Positions 38,201 to 51,117 of a stretch of DNA of 64,000 bases are shown piece by piece. The position numbers were made by a program, and so were the translations under genes. How positions within the stretch are numbered: position 1 is the stretch's first letter; every line of letters starts with the position of its first letter. The notes below the pieces were generated by a model that had not been told where the DNA came from, ran no database searches, and worked only from the letters and a program-made list of their open reading frames with translations. The stretch covers positions 372,001 through 436,000 of the forward strand of contig JASANG010001013.1 of the NCBI GenBank assembly GCA_030248215.1, in the 5' to 3' direction. Origin of the DNA: Enoplolaimus lenunculus (lineage: Eukaryota).

Positions 38201-41200
38201 CGTCTTGCGTCGTTTTGCGAAATTTAAGTTTGTTTGTGGCACGCGACGCCACACGACGACAGACGGCGTTGTGCGTCACAGAAAAGTATAGCGCAACTAT
38301 TGAGAGAAATGGGCCAAAACCAATGAAACTAAAAGTTTTGACACGGGAAATAATTGCCCGCACTCCCAGCCTCGCAATTTCAAGGGAGACAAGAAAAAAT
38401 CACTTAAACAATGTTAAGCCCTATTCACACGTGCAAATTTGTGCTGCAAGAACTTGCAGGTAAAAATTGCACGCAGAACTTGGTTTTTTCATTTGGTTAT
38501 AATGAATCGGCTGCAATAAATTCAGTGAATTTGCATGGTTATTCAAACATGCGAACTAAATTCCTAACTATGATTTTTAATGACTTATTTGCAGCTGCAA
38601 GTTTTTCAAACGGGATTTGGGACAGAACTTGCAAGTGCAAGTTGCAGCTGCAAGTTCTCACTGCAAAAACTTGCACGTGTGAATAGAGCTTTAGAGTAAC
38701 CTTGTGAATTTTAGAGCACAAAAAACTATTTTCACCACTACAGCGGCTTGCAAAAAAACTTTTACACGAGGTTTTATACTCTTCAAAAATGAAATCTTAG
38801 CGACACCCATGTCAGACCTGTGCAATAACGTGAGACACTGCGGATTTAAGCTACGCTTGCAACCATCACTGAACTTTGGCATACTGTTCTCTCAGATATA
38901 CGACCGCATAGTTCAAACTTGAAAAAATTGATACAGAGGGGATATGGACGAATAGGTATCCCCCCCTTATGGGCTGATAATTTGACTAGGTTTTAATGAA
39001 AGCTTAAACCACTATGAGGTTCATGTTTTTAATTTTCGTCACAATATAGCTAAAGTTACTCCCTCAAAAAAAGTTCTAGACAGTCAGTGTACCTTAACAC
39101 TTAAATATTTTTTGATCCTAAACTGGTCCCAGTAGCTGATGACAACAACCGCATCCCTAATACTAAATGCTTTGTATATATCTACTTTGTTACAAGCAAA
39201 AATGAAAAAATTATAAAATTTGCCAATGTATAGAACAAGGCCGTAACAGAAGTATATAAGCATATACCTAAGTGTAAACAAAAAGTGTAAAGCTGATTCT
39301 ATTGCAGTTCCACAGAAAAACGTTCCGCGTCTGATTATGGCTTCGGCCAAAAAATACATATTCGAGTTATAAAACATAAAGGTCCAGTACCGCCGGTATT
39401 GAGGGGTGATCCATAATAAATTTGTCTTACCCGATTGGCAACCAGCGCTTGACAAAGTGCAATAAAATCATCTCGATTTGCGTCGACATAATCCAAAATG
39501 CAGTACCACAGTTCAGTGTCGTCGGCTTCAACTTCGGAACAATCCAACGATTTGTGAACAAACGGACAATCGTAGTTGTCAAATGCATCTCTTTGATGTT
39601 CCGACATTATATCTACAATATGTGAAAACAATAATTTTCGAGTAAACAAATCGGGATGTATGCGTCAATGACGAATCAATGCAACAACGGTGAGTCACGC
39701 AGAGTGGAGCCCCTTGAAAGGACGATGACCCCACCCTGGGAAAACAGATGATCATGAATAATTTTACGATAAAAGCGTTTTACAAAACTACAAAATTTAA
39801 AAAAAAAACAAAATGCTTGCAGCCGAAATATCCTGGATCAGACCAGGCGTCTCATGTCTCCATAAGAGTGTTGTCCGTCGGGAAGCTGGGGTTGCTCGTG
39901 CTCCCTACATTATCCATAAAAAATTGCGTGGAGGTTTGTTTATCTGGCCAATGTAAAGAACAGGGGCGGAACAGTTTTTTGAAACATATTCCTAAGCCGA
40001 AGCCTAAGCGTAAGTCAAGCAAAAAATTAGTGTAAAGCTTAAGCTTATTCAATTCTAGTCCAACAGAAAATTGTTCCGCCCCTGATCTTTACATGGGCTT
40101 ATGTTTCGGCGTCGAAACTGAAGCGGGAGTTTCATTATTTTTGTAAACAAAATGTACACAGTTGCATACTCTTGTACCAAGTATCATCAACGCATGCTTA
40201 ATGCAACGTCCACAATATCATGCATACACTAGGTAACTTTCCTACCGAAGCTGGGTGCTGACCGGTTTCAGTGTCTAACACTCATCTCTTCAAACTTAAA
40301 ATCTGCTGTATCCGGTTAATAACCTGTAAATCTGATCAACTCGTCGACATCGATCCGGTCTTCACACGACAGAAACCGATACAAATTCCGATAATTCCAT
40401 TTATGTTGCTCCGGGGGCCGACGGTCAACAGCCCAGTTTCCAGCAATAGATCCGCTCATAATGATTGCGCCGTGAAGCAAATCTAAAATATACAATTTCA
40501 ATATGACGGTAACATCCGACGATAATAAGCAAGCTTTCAAACAAAAAAAGTTTATCAAAATCTGTTCAGTAAACAGGCTCATGAAAAGATCAGAGGCGGA
40601 GCGTGTTTCTGGAGAAGTAGAAAAGAGTAAGCTTAAGCTTTAGACTAATTTTTTGGTTGGTTTAGGCTTATGCGTAGGCTTATTCATACGCTTACGCTTA
40701 GGCTTAGGCTTAGGCTTAGGAATAGGCTCATCCTTACGCTTACGCTTAGGCTTAGGCTTACACTTAGGCTTTAGAAATATGCTCATTCTTACGCATAGGC
40801 TTAGGCTTAGTAATATACTTCTAATACTGTTCCGCCCCGGTTCTTTACATTGGCAAGTAAACATAAAACGCTTCGCGAAACTCCGAGCTTTGCTCAACAA
40901 ACACAAAAACGTGATTACAATTTCAAATTTTGTTTTTATAAAACCTTTACCTTCAGTAACAGGTGATAGGGCCAATATTGAAGCGGACGCACCGCCTGCG
41001 CTTTCACCCATAACAATAACTGAATTCGGATCGCCGAAAAAGTGCCGAATGTTAGCTTTAATCCATCGCAATGCTTCGATTTGATCCCACAGTCCTAAAT
41101 TTGACACTTCCGGACCGACAATGAAACATGAAATAAAAATTGAAAACTATAACAGCACTATAAGTCCAGAGCCTAAGCCTAAGCCTAAGCCTAAGCGAAG

Positions 41201-43402
41201 CGTAATAATGAGTATATTCCTAAGCCTAAGCCTAAGCCTACGCTGCAGCGTAATGATAAGGCTATAATTAGGGACAAGCCAATAAGCAAAAAATTAATCT
41301 AAAGCTAATGGTACTCTTTTATAGTGCTGGAGCAGCGTAGGGTCGCCCCCAGAATTGCGAAGTAAAAGCCCCTTGCGATGATCCAAACCTTTTTCAAATT
41401 TTCAGTTTAAAAACTTGTTATGGTGGTCCCCCCCTCAAATGGGAGTATATGAATTGGCTGCTCTGGCCCTGCTTTTACAGTTCCACGAAAAAACAGTCCG
41501 ATCCTTAGCTATACATGGGTCCTAAAATATTATATAAGAGAAAAAATCGCAAACAATAAGCACATTGCATTATGGTTTAGAAATGTTCTTACAAAATACT
41601 CAACAGAATGCGTTACTCAAACATTAAACACATCGGTTTTCCCTAATTTAATTTTGAAGTCTTATTCATAATACACAATAAATGAATATTAGCTAAGTAC
41701 CAGCGAGTCAAACGAGCCAGAAGCCAGACGTCACTTTAGTCTCTACTAAACATTAATACAAAATAGGCAAAAGGTTGCGCAAAGGTTTGCGATAATGCTA
41801 ATGTAAGCCTTTTCCAAAATCGGCCCTTGTAAAGTTCAGGGGCGGAACGTTTTTTTGTGGGACTGCAATAGAGTAAGCTTAAAGTTTAGACTTATTTTGT
41901 TGCTCGGCTTAGGCTTAGGCTTAGGCTTAGGAATACGCTCATTCTTACGGTTAGGCTTAGGCTTAGGAATATGCTTATAATACTATTCCGCTCATGTTCT
42001 TTACATTGGCCACAAAACCTAAGCCTAAGCCTAAGCGTTTAATTTTAAATGTAAGAAAAGTGTACGAGCACCGAAATAGAGAATACTAATGCTTCTAATG
42101 GATTCCAGCAATCATCGATATACCAGGCAAGGCTTACCAAATGCACCCAGCCGGTAGTTGATTGTTACCAAAACGACACCTTTCGAAATTAGGTTTCGAG
42201 CAATTGCTTCCGGGTCCATATCAGTATTACCGGAAGTGGTTTGATACGATCCGCCGTGGATCCACATAATCACCGGATACGGAGTGCCAGATTTTTCCTA
42301 AAACGAAAACGCCAAATTTTTTGCGCAACTGTTAATATTTCTAGTAAAAGGTTACATTCCTTTGTTCACAGAATGTACCCAGTTGCACACGCTTGTAAAA
42401 GAGTCATTATCGACTCTTGGTTTAAGGAACCGGTACTAATACCCGGGTAATGTTCGCTGTAGGAAATTAATATATACATCTACATATATATGCATGTATA
42501 TATACATATATATGTATATATACATATATTATATATATAATATATATTATATATAATATATATTAGCCCCCCATTTGCAAACGTGATAAAACATCCCAAT
42601 CGCAACCTTTCTACACTTACATGCGGCGAATAAATATCGAGAAATAAGCAATCTTCCGATTGTCTTCTGTACGATTGATGCGATCGTTCGTCGATCACAT
42701 CGTTGCTCATAAATTGAACGCAAGCTGCTCCCGAGTTGACCGCTGTCACTTCGCCATCCCAGCCATAAGTCGGATGAGGCTCCTGAAATAATCGAGTTCA
42801 AAATTGAATTTGCCTTCTCAACTGTGCGTAGCACTTATTACCAGTAAGTAATCGTTTTTCAAACAGGCGAACTACAGCAATTTAGCGTCTGCAAAATCTA
42901 CGCAATTGACTCCAAAACTTCACATGGTGCACGCATGTCACTCTGCATATGGACTAAAATATTGCAATTTTCGAGCTACGATTCGAACCCGGGTTTTTAG
43001 AACTTGGATCAATGAGCTATAAGACCTTGACGCTCGAACCCGAAAGGGCTCTCACATCTTGTGAAGATTTAGCAAGACAACACCTGTTTCTTATTTATTA
43101 AACACCGAGCATAGTGTATTTATTGCACGCACAGAGTTTGCAATTAGTTGCTCTGTAGTATAAGTTCACACCTGAAACCGTTTCGGTCCAACTGGTGCAT
43201 CTGCGTATCGTATGCCTCGAAAAATATCAACCATGGATTCGTCATACTTCCACGTTTCGCCAACGAGAACTCCAATATTCGTGAGGGAAACTTTTCGATT
43301 TCCAACATACTCCCGTCGAGCCAAGGAAACGGAGACTATACTCAAAATAATGATCAATCTTGCGACCATCGCAACCGTCGATTGGTAGCTAAGGAGATGC
43401 AT
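31715..43402 (-). CDS. Type-I membrane carboxylesterase (COesterase family) with intact catalytic triad and long polyQ-containing cytoplasmic tail
   Basis: Exons (plus coordinates): 43172-43402, 42621-42782, 42138-42297, 40951-41127, 40324-40482, 39431-39612, 37807-37933, 37284-37501, 35918-36107, 34420-34555, 31715-33149; all phases match. Motifs: signal peptide, FRGIRYADAPVGPKRFQ, SEDCLFLDIY, WIHGGSY, NYRLGAFGF, NLGLWDQ, FFGDP, GESAG, GVAGLELG, AFHGIDHGYVF, NFAKTRNP, and TM WLALWILVALILLALLLAVCLLCW. Alternative ATGs at 43369 and 43423. The acceptor before 41127 is non-AG. Confidence 0.88.
34002..34160 (+). repeat. GCCTAA tract (internal remnant of family A)
   Basis: Hexamers interspersed with the family A motif GCGTAAGAATGAGTTTATTC; no TIRs seen. 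Confidence 0.8.
34597..34970. mobile_element. MITE with GTT(G/A)CGCTATAC termini carrying a 20-bp minisatellite (34615-34845)
   Basis: Ends GTTACGCTATAC / GTATAGCGCAAC; unit TGTGTTG(C/T)CGCACGC(A/C)GC. Related short copy at 38180-38297. Confidence 0.6.
37986..38163. mobile_element. GC-rich dispersed MITE (copy at 50173-50334)
   Basis: GGGCCCGTA(T/G)CCAAGGG...GCTCAGCC...TGGCTAC shared by both loci. Confidence 0.6.
38417..38690. mobile_element. PIF/Harbinger-like MITE
   Basis: TTA|AGCCCTATTCACACGTGCAA ... TTGCACGTGTGAATAGAGCT|TTA (3-bp TWA TSD). Confidence 0.75.
39221..39348 (+). mobile_element. Short family A MITE nearly lacking the hexamer tract
   Basis: Degenerate TIRs; TSD ATAAAATT/AAAAAATA. 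Confidence 0.65.
39946..40099 (+). mobile_element. Family A MITE
   Basis: TIR GGCCAATGTAAAGAACAGGGGCGGAAC / GTTCCGCCCCTGATCTTTACATGGGC. Confidence 0.85.
40576..40855 (-). mobile_element. Family A MITE
   Basis: Perfect TSD AGTAAACA; TTAGGC tract. Confidence 0.9.
41145..41522 (+). mobile_element. Degenerate family A MITE with an internal insertion
   Basis: GCCTAA tract at 41170-41240, right TIR ...CTATACATGGGTCC, interrupted at about 41330-41470. Confidence 0.6.
41822..42011 (-). mobile_element. Family A MITE
   Basis: TIRs; TSD CCAAAATC/ACAAAACC. Confidence 0.85.
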
Positions 43403-43950
43403 AATCAGCCTTGATGTTACCATAGCGACCGCATTCGTATTTCCATGATAAAAACCAATTAAATTCAGCGATTTGTTCGAGTATCCAATGAAATTTGATT
43501 TGAAATTTTTATTAATTACACGCTGACCAATTGAAATTGTTTCGGTGTTAATGAGCAATTCTCAGATCACCAATAGAAACTGTCGAAGGTTTTGATTACT
43601 TTTAGTTGACCAACAAAAATTGTTGAACGAAACCAGTCAGCCAATTAAATCGTTTCGTTTCAAGATTGCGTAATCCAATGAAATGTCCTAATTCAATTGA
43701 TAGAATACAAGCGTTTCACATTTCGTTCGTATAAAACGTTCGGGTTTTGCAGTTGTCTGATATGAAAAAATTGTTTTTCTAAAATATATACTCTGTAAAA
43801 CTGGGGTGTACCCCTTATTAATCGGTGAGGTTACGATGTTTGTTCGGCGAACATTTCTTAGCCGCCAACCTACAAATCACAGTTTCCAGGTATGGAAGTA
43901 AACACCGTAAACACTTTTCATTGTTCAAAACCGTAAGATATAACTTCCAG

Positions 43951-44754
43951 GGCCAATGTAAAGAACTGGCGGAACAGTAGTGTATGAATGAGCATATTCC
44001 AAAGCCTAAGCCAAAGCGTATGAATGAGCATAATCCTAAGCCTACGCCTAAGCGTAAGAATGAGCATATTCCAAAGCCTAAGCCAAAGCGTATGAATGAG
44101 CATAATCCTAAGCCTACGCCTAAGCGTAAGAATGAGCATATTCCAAAGCCTAAGCCAAAGCATATGAATGAGCATAATCCTAAGCCTACGCCTAAGCGTA
44201 AGAATGAGCATATTCCAAAGCCTAAGCCAAAGCGTATGAATGAGCATAATCCTAAGCCTACGCCTAAGCGTAAGAATGAGCATATTCCAAAGCCTAAGCC
44301 AAAGCGTATGAATGAACATAATCCTAAGCCTACGCCTAAGCGTAAGAATGAGCATATTCCAAAGCCTAAGCCAAAGCGTATGAATGAGCATAATCCTAAG
44401 CCTACGCCTAAGCGTAAGAATGAGCATATTCCAAAGCCTAAGCCAAAGCGTATGAATGAGCATAATCCTAAGCCTACGCCTAAGCGTAAGAATGAGCATA
44501 TTCCAAAGCCTAAGCCAAAGCGTATGAATGAGCATAATCCTAAGCCTACGCCTAAGCGTAAGAATGAGCATATTCCAAAGCCTAAGCCAAAGCGTATGAA
44601 TGAGCATAATCCTAAGCCTAAGCCTAAGCGTAAGAATGAGCATATTCCAAGCCTAAGACAAAGCTTACGCCAAGCAAAAAATAAGTCTAAAGCTTACGCT
44701 TACTTTTTTCTAATCCCACAGATAAATGCTAAGCCCCTGATCTTTACATGAGCC
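43951..44754 (+). mobile_element. Family A MITE with internal 72-bp (2x36) higher-order tandem repeat, about 9 copies
   Basis: TIRs; TSD ACTTCCAG/GCTTCTAG; phase repeats every 360 bp (5x72). Confidence 0.9.
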
Positions 44755-44895
44755 GCTTCTAGGATCAGGTAAAAAGTTTACGTCCGGTGGAAAATTTTCG
44801 GCATTAATTCTAAAATCAAAAAGTACATTTTTCAATTTGGCAACCGTTTCGACGGCTTATTCTCACATCTAAATTTAGTTTAGTGTCAATTAAAA

Positions 44896-46539
44896 CCCTC
44901 AATGGCCCGACAGTCTACATATGTAGACATAACCAGTTCGACAATTTTTTTTTGGGGGGGCTGTTATTTAGAAAATAATTTTTTTTTTCTCCCCCAATTA
45001 TTCTTTTTTAATAATATAAAAAAATACTAAAACTTTGGGGGAAAAAAAATTTGCTGTACAGAGAGCCATACACCTATATAACCCCACCGCCCACATATTT
45101 AGACAGAAGTCTGATTTGATCATAGTTTGAGTTTTGACAAGAATTGGAACGTTTTGTTCTTACACACGGTTTTGTAAGGTGAGGTAAAGTCAGGGAAATG
45201 TCAGGTTTGCATAAATTATCTTTGACTGAGGTCGTACGACGTGTATTAGAACCAAGTGATTCAGAGACAGAAGATGACAAACCGGACGACAATAGTTCAA
45301 ATGACGACTCAGAATCAGTTGAGTTAGGTCAATGCAGTAGTGAAGAGGCTGCTATTTATGAGCAAGATAGTGATGGTGAATTACAAAAACAATCGGACGC
45401 ATCTAGTAGTGAGTTGAGCGATATGGACGAGACTTCTAGTGGAAGTAATGTGTTTTTGTCAGCGACGGGTGTTGAGTGGCATTCTACAACACCGCCTGTC
45501 CGTGTGTTAGCTAGAAATACAATTCGCTTTCGCGAAGGCACTGCAGTAAACCCTACAACAGAGTCACAAGCATTTTATCTTTATATAAACGAGCCCATTT
45601 TACATACAATTCAGCGACTCACTAGTAGGCGACTGCGGGCGCGCAATTTTTCAACGCTACCAATGTGCGAGCTGAAAGCTTGGCTTGGGGTGGTAATCAG
45701 AGCTGGTGCAGATCGCGATAACATGTCTCCAGTGGCTTCACTATTCACCAAAAACGACAGCAGGCCCTTTTACCGCTGCGCGCTGTCAAAAAACAGAATG
45801 AAACAGTTGCTGGAAAATGTAACATTCGACAACAAACTCACTCGCCGTTAGCGTCAAAAAAGTGACAAAATGGCTGCTATACGAGATGTTTGGGACCTAT
45901 TTCAGTCCAACTTACGTCTTCATTATATACCGCCCGAATCACTTACAGTAGATGAACAGCTCTACGGGTATAGAGGATATGCACCGGGGCGAGCGTACAT
46001 GCAGGCGAAACCTGCTAAGTACCGTTGCACAACGCATTCATTGTCATGAAACTGAACGGATATCAAAAGTCACGCAATGTTTTCATGAAAAAAGTAGCCG
46101 AACAACTAGCGCAAGACAATATGACCAAACGTTACAGTAGTGAAAAAATTTACGCAAAATCAAAGGATTCATTTATGGCTTACGGGCTGCCTCAAAAGCG
46201 AAACGAACCTTCTACATCTGGTAAACCGACCAAATGTCAGGTCACAAGTTGTCGCAAATCTACGAGATTGAGCTGTTCGTCATGTGGAAAACGAGTGTGC
46301 AAGGACCACATGAATCGCACCATAACGTGCAACGACTGTGCTTAACTGGACAACGCGCCCGCAGTGGGAGGCTGGACGGGGAGCGGGTGGAACTCCGCCA
46401 GAACACTAGTTCTGACTGTCTCAAGCCAGTTAAAGGAGGAGAGCACCCTGAGATAAGCCAAAACTAACGCTAGTTGTGTTGTCTACATATGTAGACCGTT
46501 GGGCTGATTAAGGTGAAAATTTTGCCGGGCCGTTGAGGG
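44896..46539 (+). mobile_element. Defective piggyBac transposon
   Basis: TIR CCCTCAATGGCCCGACA / TGCCGGGCCGTTGAGGG, TTAA at the right end (left flank TTAAAA), and subterminal palindrome GTCTACATATGTAGAC at both ends. Confidence 0.9.
45198..46345 (+). pseudogene. piggyBac transposase remnant
   Basis: In-frame TAG at 45849-45851. The reading continues DKMAAIRDVWD..LTVDEQL..YMQAKPAKY, then a deletion/frameshift at about 46022 joins it to HNAFIV and the C-terminal Cys-rich domain (C..C....C..CGKRVCKDH....C..C). Most of the DDD core is missing. Confidence 0.88.
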
Positions 46540-46578
46540 TTAAGCTACTTAATTTTGAAGTCAAATTTTCGGATTCAC

Positions 46579-46778
46579 AAAAATTAGCCAATAATCAGCA
46601 CTGAAAAATTAGCCAATAATCAGCACTGAAAAATTAGCCAATAATCAGCACTGAAAAATTAGCCAATAATCAGCACTGAAAAATTAGCCAATAATCAGCA
46701 CTGAAAAATTAGCCAATAATCAGCACTGAAAAATTAGCCAATAATCAGCACTCAAAAATTAGCCAATAATCAGCACTG
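46579..46778. repeat. 25-bp minisatellite (AAAAATTAGCCAATAATCAGCACTG) x8
   Basis: Near-perfect tandem units. Confidence 0.95.
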
Positions 46779-46989
46779 GTTAACTTTGATATCCTGGTCC
46801 GTCGTGGAACTTTTTTTCCCAGCTTCCTGAGTGGTTCATTCAGTGTAGCATTAAAGTGCAAAAATTTGCAATTAAAATGATTAAATGCTAAACTTTAAAC
46901 CGGCATCAATATTGATTTTAAGTGAAAAAAAAATTCGCAGCAAATATATTTTTGCTACAATTGGACAAAAATCGGTATATTTTGGGTTC

Positions 46990-47026
46990 AACAACTATAA
47001 CAACAACAACAACAGCAGCAGCAGCT

Positions 47027-47057
<31 letters not shown>

Positions 47058-47197
47058 CCAACAGCAACAACAACAACCACCAACAACAACAACAACAATA
47101 ACAACAACAACAACAACAAAAACAACAACAACAACAACCAACAATCAACACCAATCAACAACAACAACAACCAACAACAACAACAACAACAACCAAT

Positions 47198-47251
<54 letters not shown>
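46990..47251. repeat. (CAA)n microsatellite
   Basis: Imperfect CAA run. Confidence 0.95.
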
Positions 47252-47252
<1 letters not shown>

Positions 47253-50200
47253 CAAACAAGGTGGTTCCGGCATTTCTCTCTACCGCACCCTTCATAATTC
47301 CGGGTGCCCCGACCGTTGTATACCAGCCGAAACTTCGCCTCACTCACAGAGAAACCAGCAGAAAACACAGATACCTGGCTTTTGTGTAAATTTAAACACG
47401 TAAACACATTACAAGAAGACCACATCAACTTGCTGAAATTGTGTTATTATACAGCTTAAAGTGTAAGCTGAACCCAAACAAAACGGCGTTTTACCTTATA
47501 CTTGGGTACAAAGAAAATCAATTTTTCGTGAGGCTAAAAGTTATTCATTAACAGGCTTAACTGCTGCACAACAACACCGTAGTTTCAAACGGTGGGAGGT
47601 AAACAAATTGCAAATTTTGCAGTTTGCAAAATCAGAATGAGAAAAAAACTGTATAGAGTAACGCCACAGGAAAATCATATTGCTTTTAACATATAGAAAC
47701 ATAACATATGATAAAATGAGATACGCTTAAAGTCAAACCAGCTCGTAAAATGTACCTTAGCTTCAGATACATGCAAAATAGTCGGAGAGTATACTGCAAA
47801 TATCGCTGAATTGAATGGACGTCAGAACTCGCAATTCTGAGTTAATCAACCCATCAGTAATTAACTCGACTCAGAATGGAATCAACTCAAACTGAAAAAT
47901 GACTAATTCGTTAACTGCTTTGATTTATCAGCTCATTGCAAGTTACAGACTGCAAATTGAAGTGAGTTGATTAGGTTCATCAGAACTCACAATTCTGAGT
48001 GGATCGACACATCAGTAATTAACTCCATTCAGACTAGACTCAACTCAACTCAGAGTGAGTTAATGTTTACTGATATTAACTGAGAAAACACTAAATAGCT
48101 AACTGATTTGATTAATCAACTCATTGTAATTTACAGTAAACGAAGATACTTGTCATTGCTGATTTTGTGCCAATAATCGTTAGGAAACCAGCATCCATGA
48201 CTAAGTCGAACTTTGCCTAGGCTTTATAGTATTTTTAGTGTAATTTCTCGCCACTAATGTCGATTTCTGATGATTCCAACGAAAAAATTGAATAACTGAA
48301 AATTTCAATTATTCCGGTTATCTGGTTATACTAGAAATTTGATTTTTGCCAAAAACTTCAGCAATTTATACACCATAAAACAATCCATCGTGAACAATTG
48401 TAGTAAATTTTTGTTTGCGTTCCGCACAAACAGTCAAATCCAATACGCAAAATTCGCACCAAAAATCAAATTCAAAAATGATATTTTAATATGATTTATT
48501 TCTTATTTTTAAATTACACTTGTAATGGTTTGCAATTGAGTGTAATAATAGACGATTTATACACATAATTAAAATAACAAGCAGTTGATCAAAAAATTAA
48601 AAATTCTGAATCGAGTCAATTTTAATTCGAAACCAAAAAATGTTTCCTAATTTTCTTGCGTTAACTGCTGGCCCCAAATTTGTGCCAGGGCTTCAGTATC
48701 ACGCCAATACCTACAAAAGTGTACAAATAAAAAAGTGATAATGTTTAATTCATTCACCATAACACTCCCTAAAAATATACTTAAAATTAAGTAAAACTGT
48801 TGCCGAATTAAGTGCCGGTTTTACTTACTATGGTGCTTGGCAAAGTTTTACTTAGTTTTAAGCAAACACGAAATTCTTCGCTTTACATTTACTTAATTAA
48901 TCAGGAAATGACAGCAGTAGTTTTTACTTATTTACATTATTTAAGCAAAGATTTACTCAATATTTTGTACACTTATACTTAAAACACTTAGTAAAATATA
49001 ACTAAAGTATTTTAAGTAAAGCGTTTTTACAGAGCACAATGTAAGACCCGTGTATACTGTAAATTCCAATGAATTGATTAATCAGCACACAGAACGAATT
49101 AGTTTTATTTCTGGTTATTTCCGAGTTCATCACAGTAAATATTAGCATACTTTTGAGCGGATTTAATTCCGTGTAACCGTTGTGAATTCCAAAAATTTTA
49201 GATTCGATTTCATTTATTTCTGAAAAGGTACATCTCAAAGAACGAATAGTTCTCACGATCCAGTGATTGCTAAGAACCGACAGAAAAAAATTTGATTTTA
49301 CGACCGGATTGGTAAATCTAGCAATGCGCAAATAAGAATTTTTGTCACAACTAAAATTATTCTACTATTAATTCGCAACCCTAAGCCTAATGTTGTCTTA
49401 ACCTAAGTCTAGACTTGAACCGAAACCAGCGTTCACTTTAAGCTAAGCCAGCACACGTTATCTATGCGGCCTGCCCACTTTGAGACAGGGAGATTGAAGG
49501 ACTTCTAAACAGAGAGGTTTAGGTTTAGGTTTAGGTTTTAGGCTTAGTTGTAATGCCCCTGGCCCGTTAAAACGATCTGCCCAAATCATGCAATACGCAA
49601 GCACATCCAGTGTACAAACGGATAATATAAATAACGGAAACGCAACCGGAAAACGGATATTGATGTATAAAAGTTTCAAAGATGTTTTATTTTTCTGCCA
49701 AAACAATTGACGCACGCAAACAGTCGTATGGTTTTGTAAAATTTTAAAGAAACATAACGGATGCATCGAAATTTTAAAGATTTTGGTTAAATTTCGTCAT
49801 TTTTTTACTTCATATCAAACGATTGCAGCATATTTGTACTTAAAAATTGCGAAATATACGTGATCGTAATTTATAACTAATTTTGAGCATAAAAATAACA
49901 CAATTTCCGGCATTTCTATAACACAAACGAAACTGGCTACCGATTTTCATATCGGAAACGGAAACGGATATTCGGATACACCCTGTGCTTAACATAAGAA
50001 CACAGCGGGGAAAAAATTTGCATTTTCGCCAAAAGACGTAGACTTTTTAAAAATTTGTACAATTCCTTATCCATTTGGTTCAAATACAGGTACAAGACAT
50101 TGATAAATGAACAAAACTTTACCAAAACCTGATTTATGAGCCACTTATCATTGCCAGAAAACATATAAAATCGGGCCCGTAGCCAAGGGATGGGCACGGG

Positions 50201-51117
50201 GGCTCAGCCGCCCTGGAAAAATTTTGGCCCCCATAGAAGATTTCCAACCTTGCTTGTAAGTCAGTGACATCCTTTAAATGCCCCTCCAGAAAATTTTTAG
50301 CCCTCCCTAGCAAGGTTGGCTGGCTACTGGCCTGTATAAAATATTGTCACTGATTGCTTTCTGTAGTTGTGCTTAAGTAACAACTTTCAAAGCGAAATCA
50401 TGCGTACAACATCGGTTACGCTGGTTTGCCTTTTGCAACAAAAATAAACATCGAAACTTGAAGAAAAATAAACAAATTTGACGCGTTACACGAATTGTCA
50501 AATAAACAAACTAAGATAAACTGGTTCAGACCTCGGATTCACATAAGTATCCCCCGCCATGCCATGGACGTATAAGATTTTGTGGAACCTGGGTTGCGAT
50601 CTGTAAAGACTTCGAAAGTAGACTTTGTTGTGTTACAAACTGAAAAAGTATGAAAAATTATTTACAAAAATTCTCGAAAGGGTCGACGCCTTAAACACCA
50701 CCCCCCTGGCTACGCTCTTGCTCAACGCTTGCCACCACATATTTGCACGGTGCCCGAAAATTCTTCCCACCAACGGTGTATAACCGTCTCCTTAAATAGG
50801 TTTAATTTTTCCTCGGCAGGTTTACTGGTTTTCACGCCGTTTGCCAGATTTTGAGCAAAAACCCAATTCAATATGTGTAGCCGGAAATTTTGCCTGAAAA
50901 ATTAATACGGCGCCGAAGGAAATTTGAGGGAAAAAGTTTTTTTTTGGAAATAAATGACTTTATCAATGGTACAAATCTAAATGAAGCATTGATCAAGTTT
51001 GCCATTAAATGCCTTCAGCAGAAATTGTTAAATTATTGCAAAATTCGCTACAAAATATTATTAAGGTTGATTTGGCGTGTGGTAGAATAGTTGAAATATT
51101 TCAGGCATAGCAAATTG

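Noticed and set aside
43918..44751. PKPK/LRLR repeat proteins (also 21630, 23732, 27523, 52816)
   Set aside because: Translations of TTAGGC tracts inside MITEs.
45198..46345. Active or domesticated piggyBac transposase
   Set aside because: Premature stop and deletion of most of the catalytic core; TIRs are still present.
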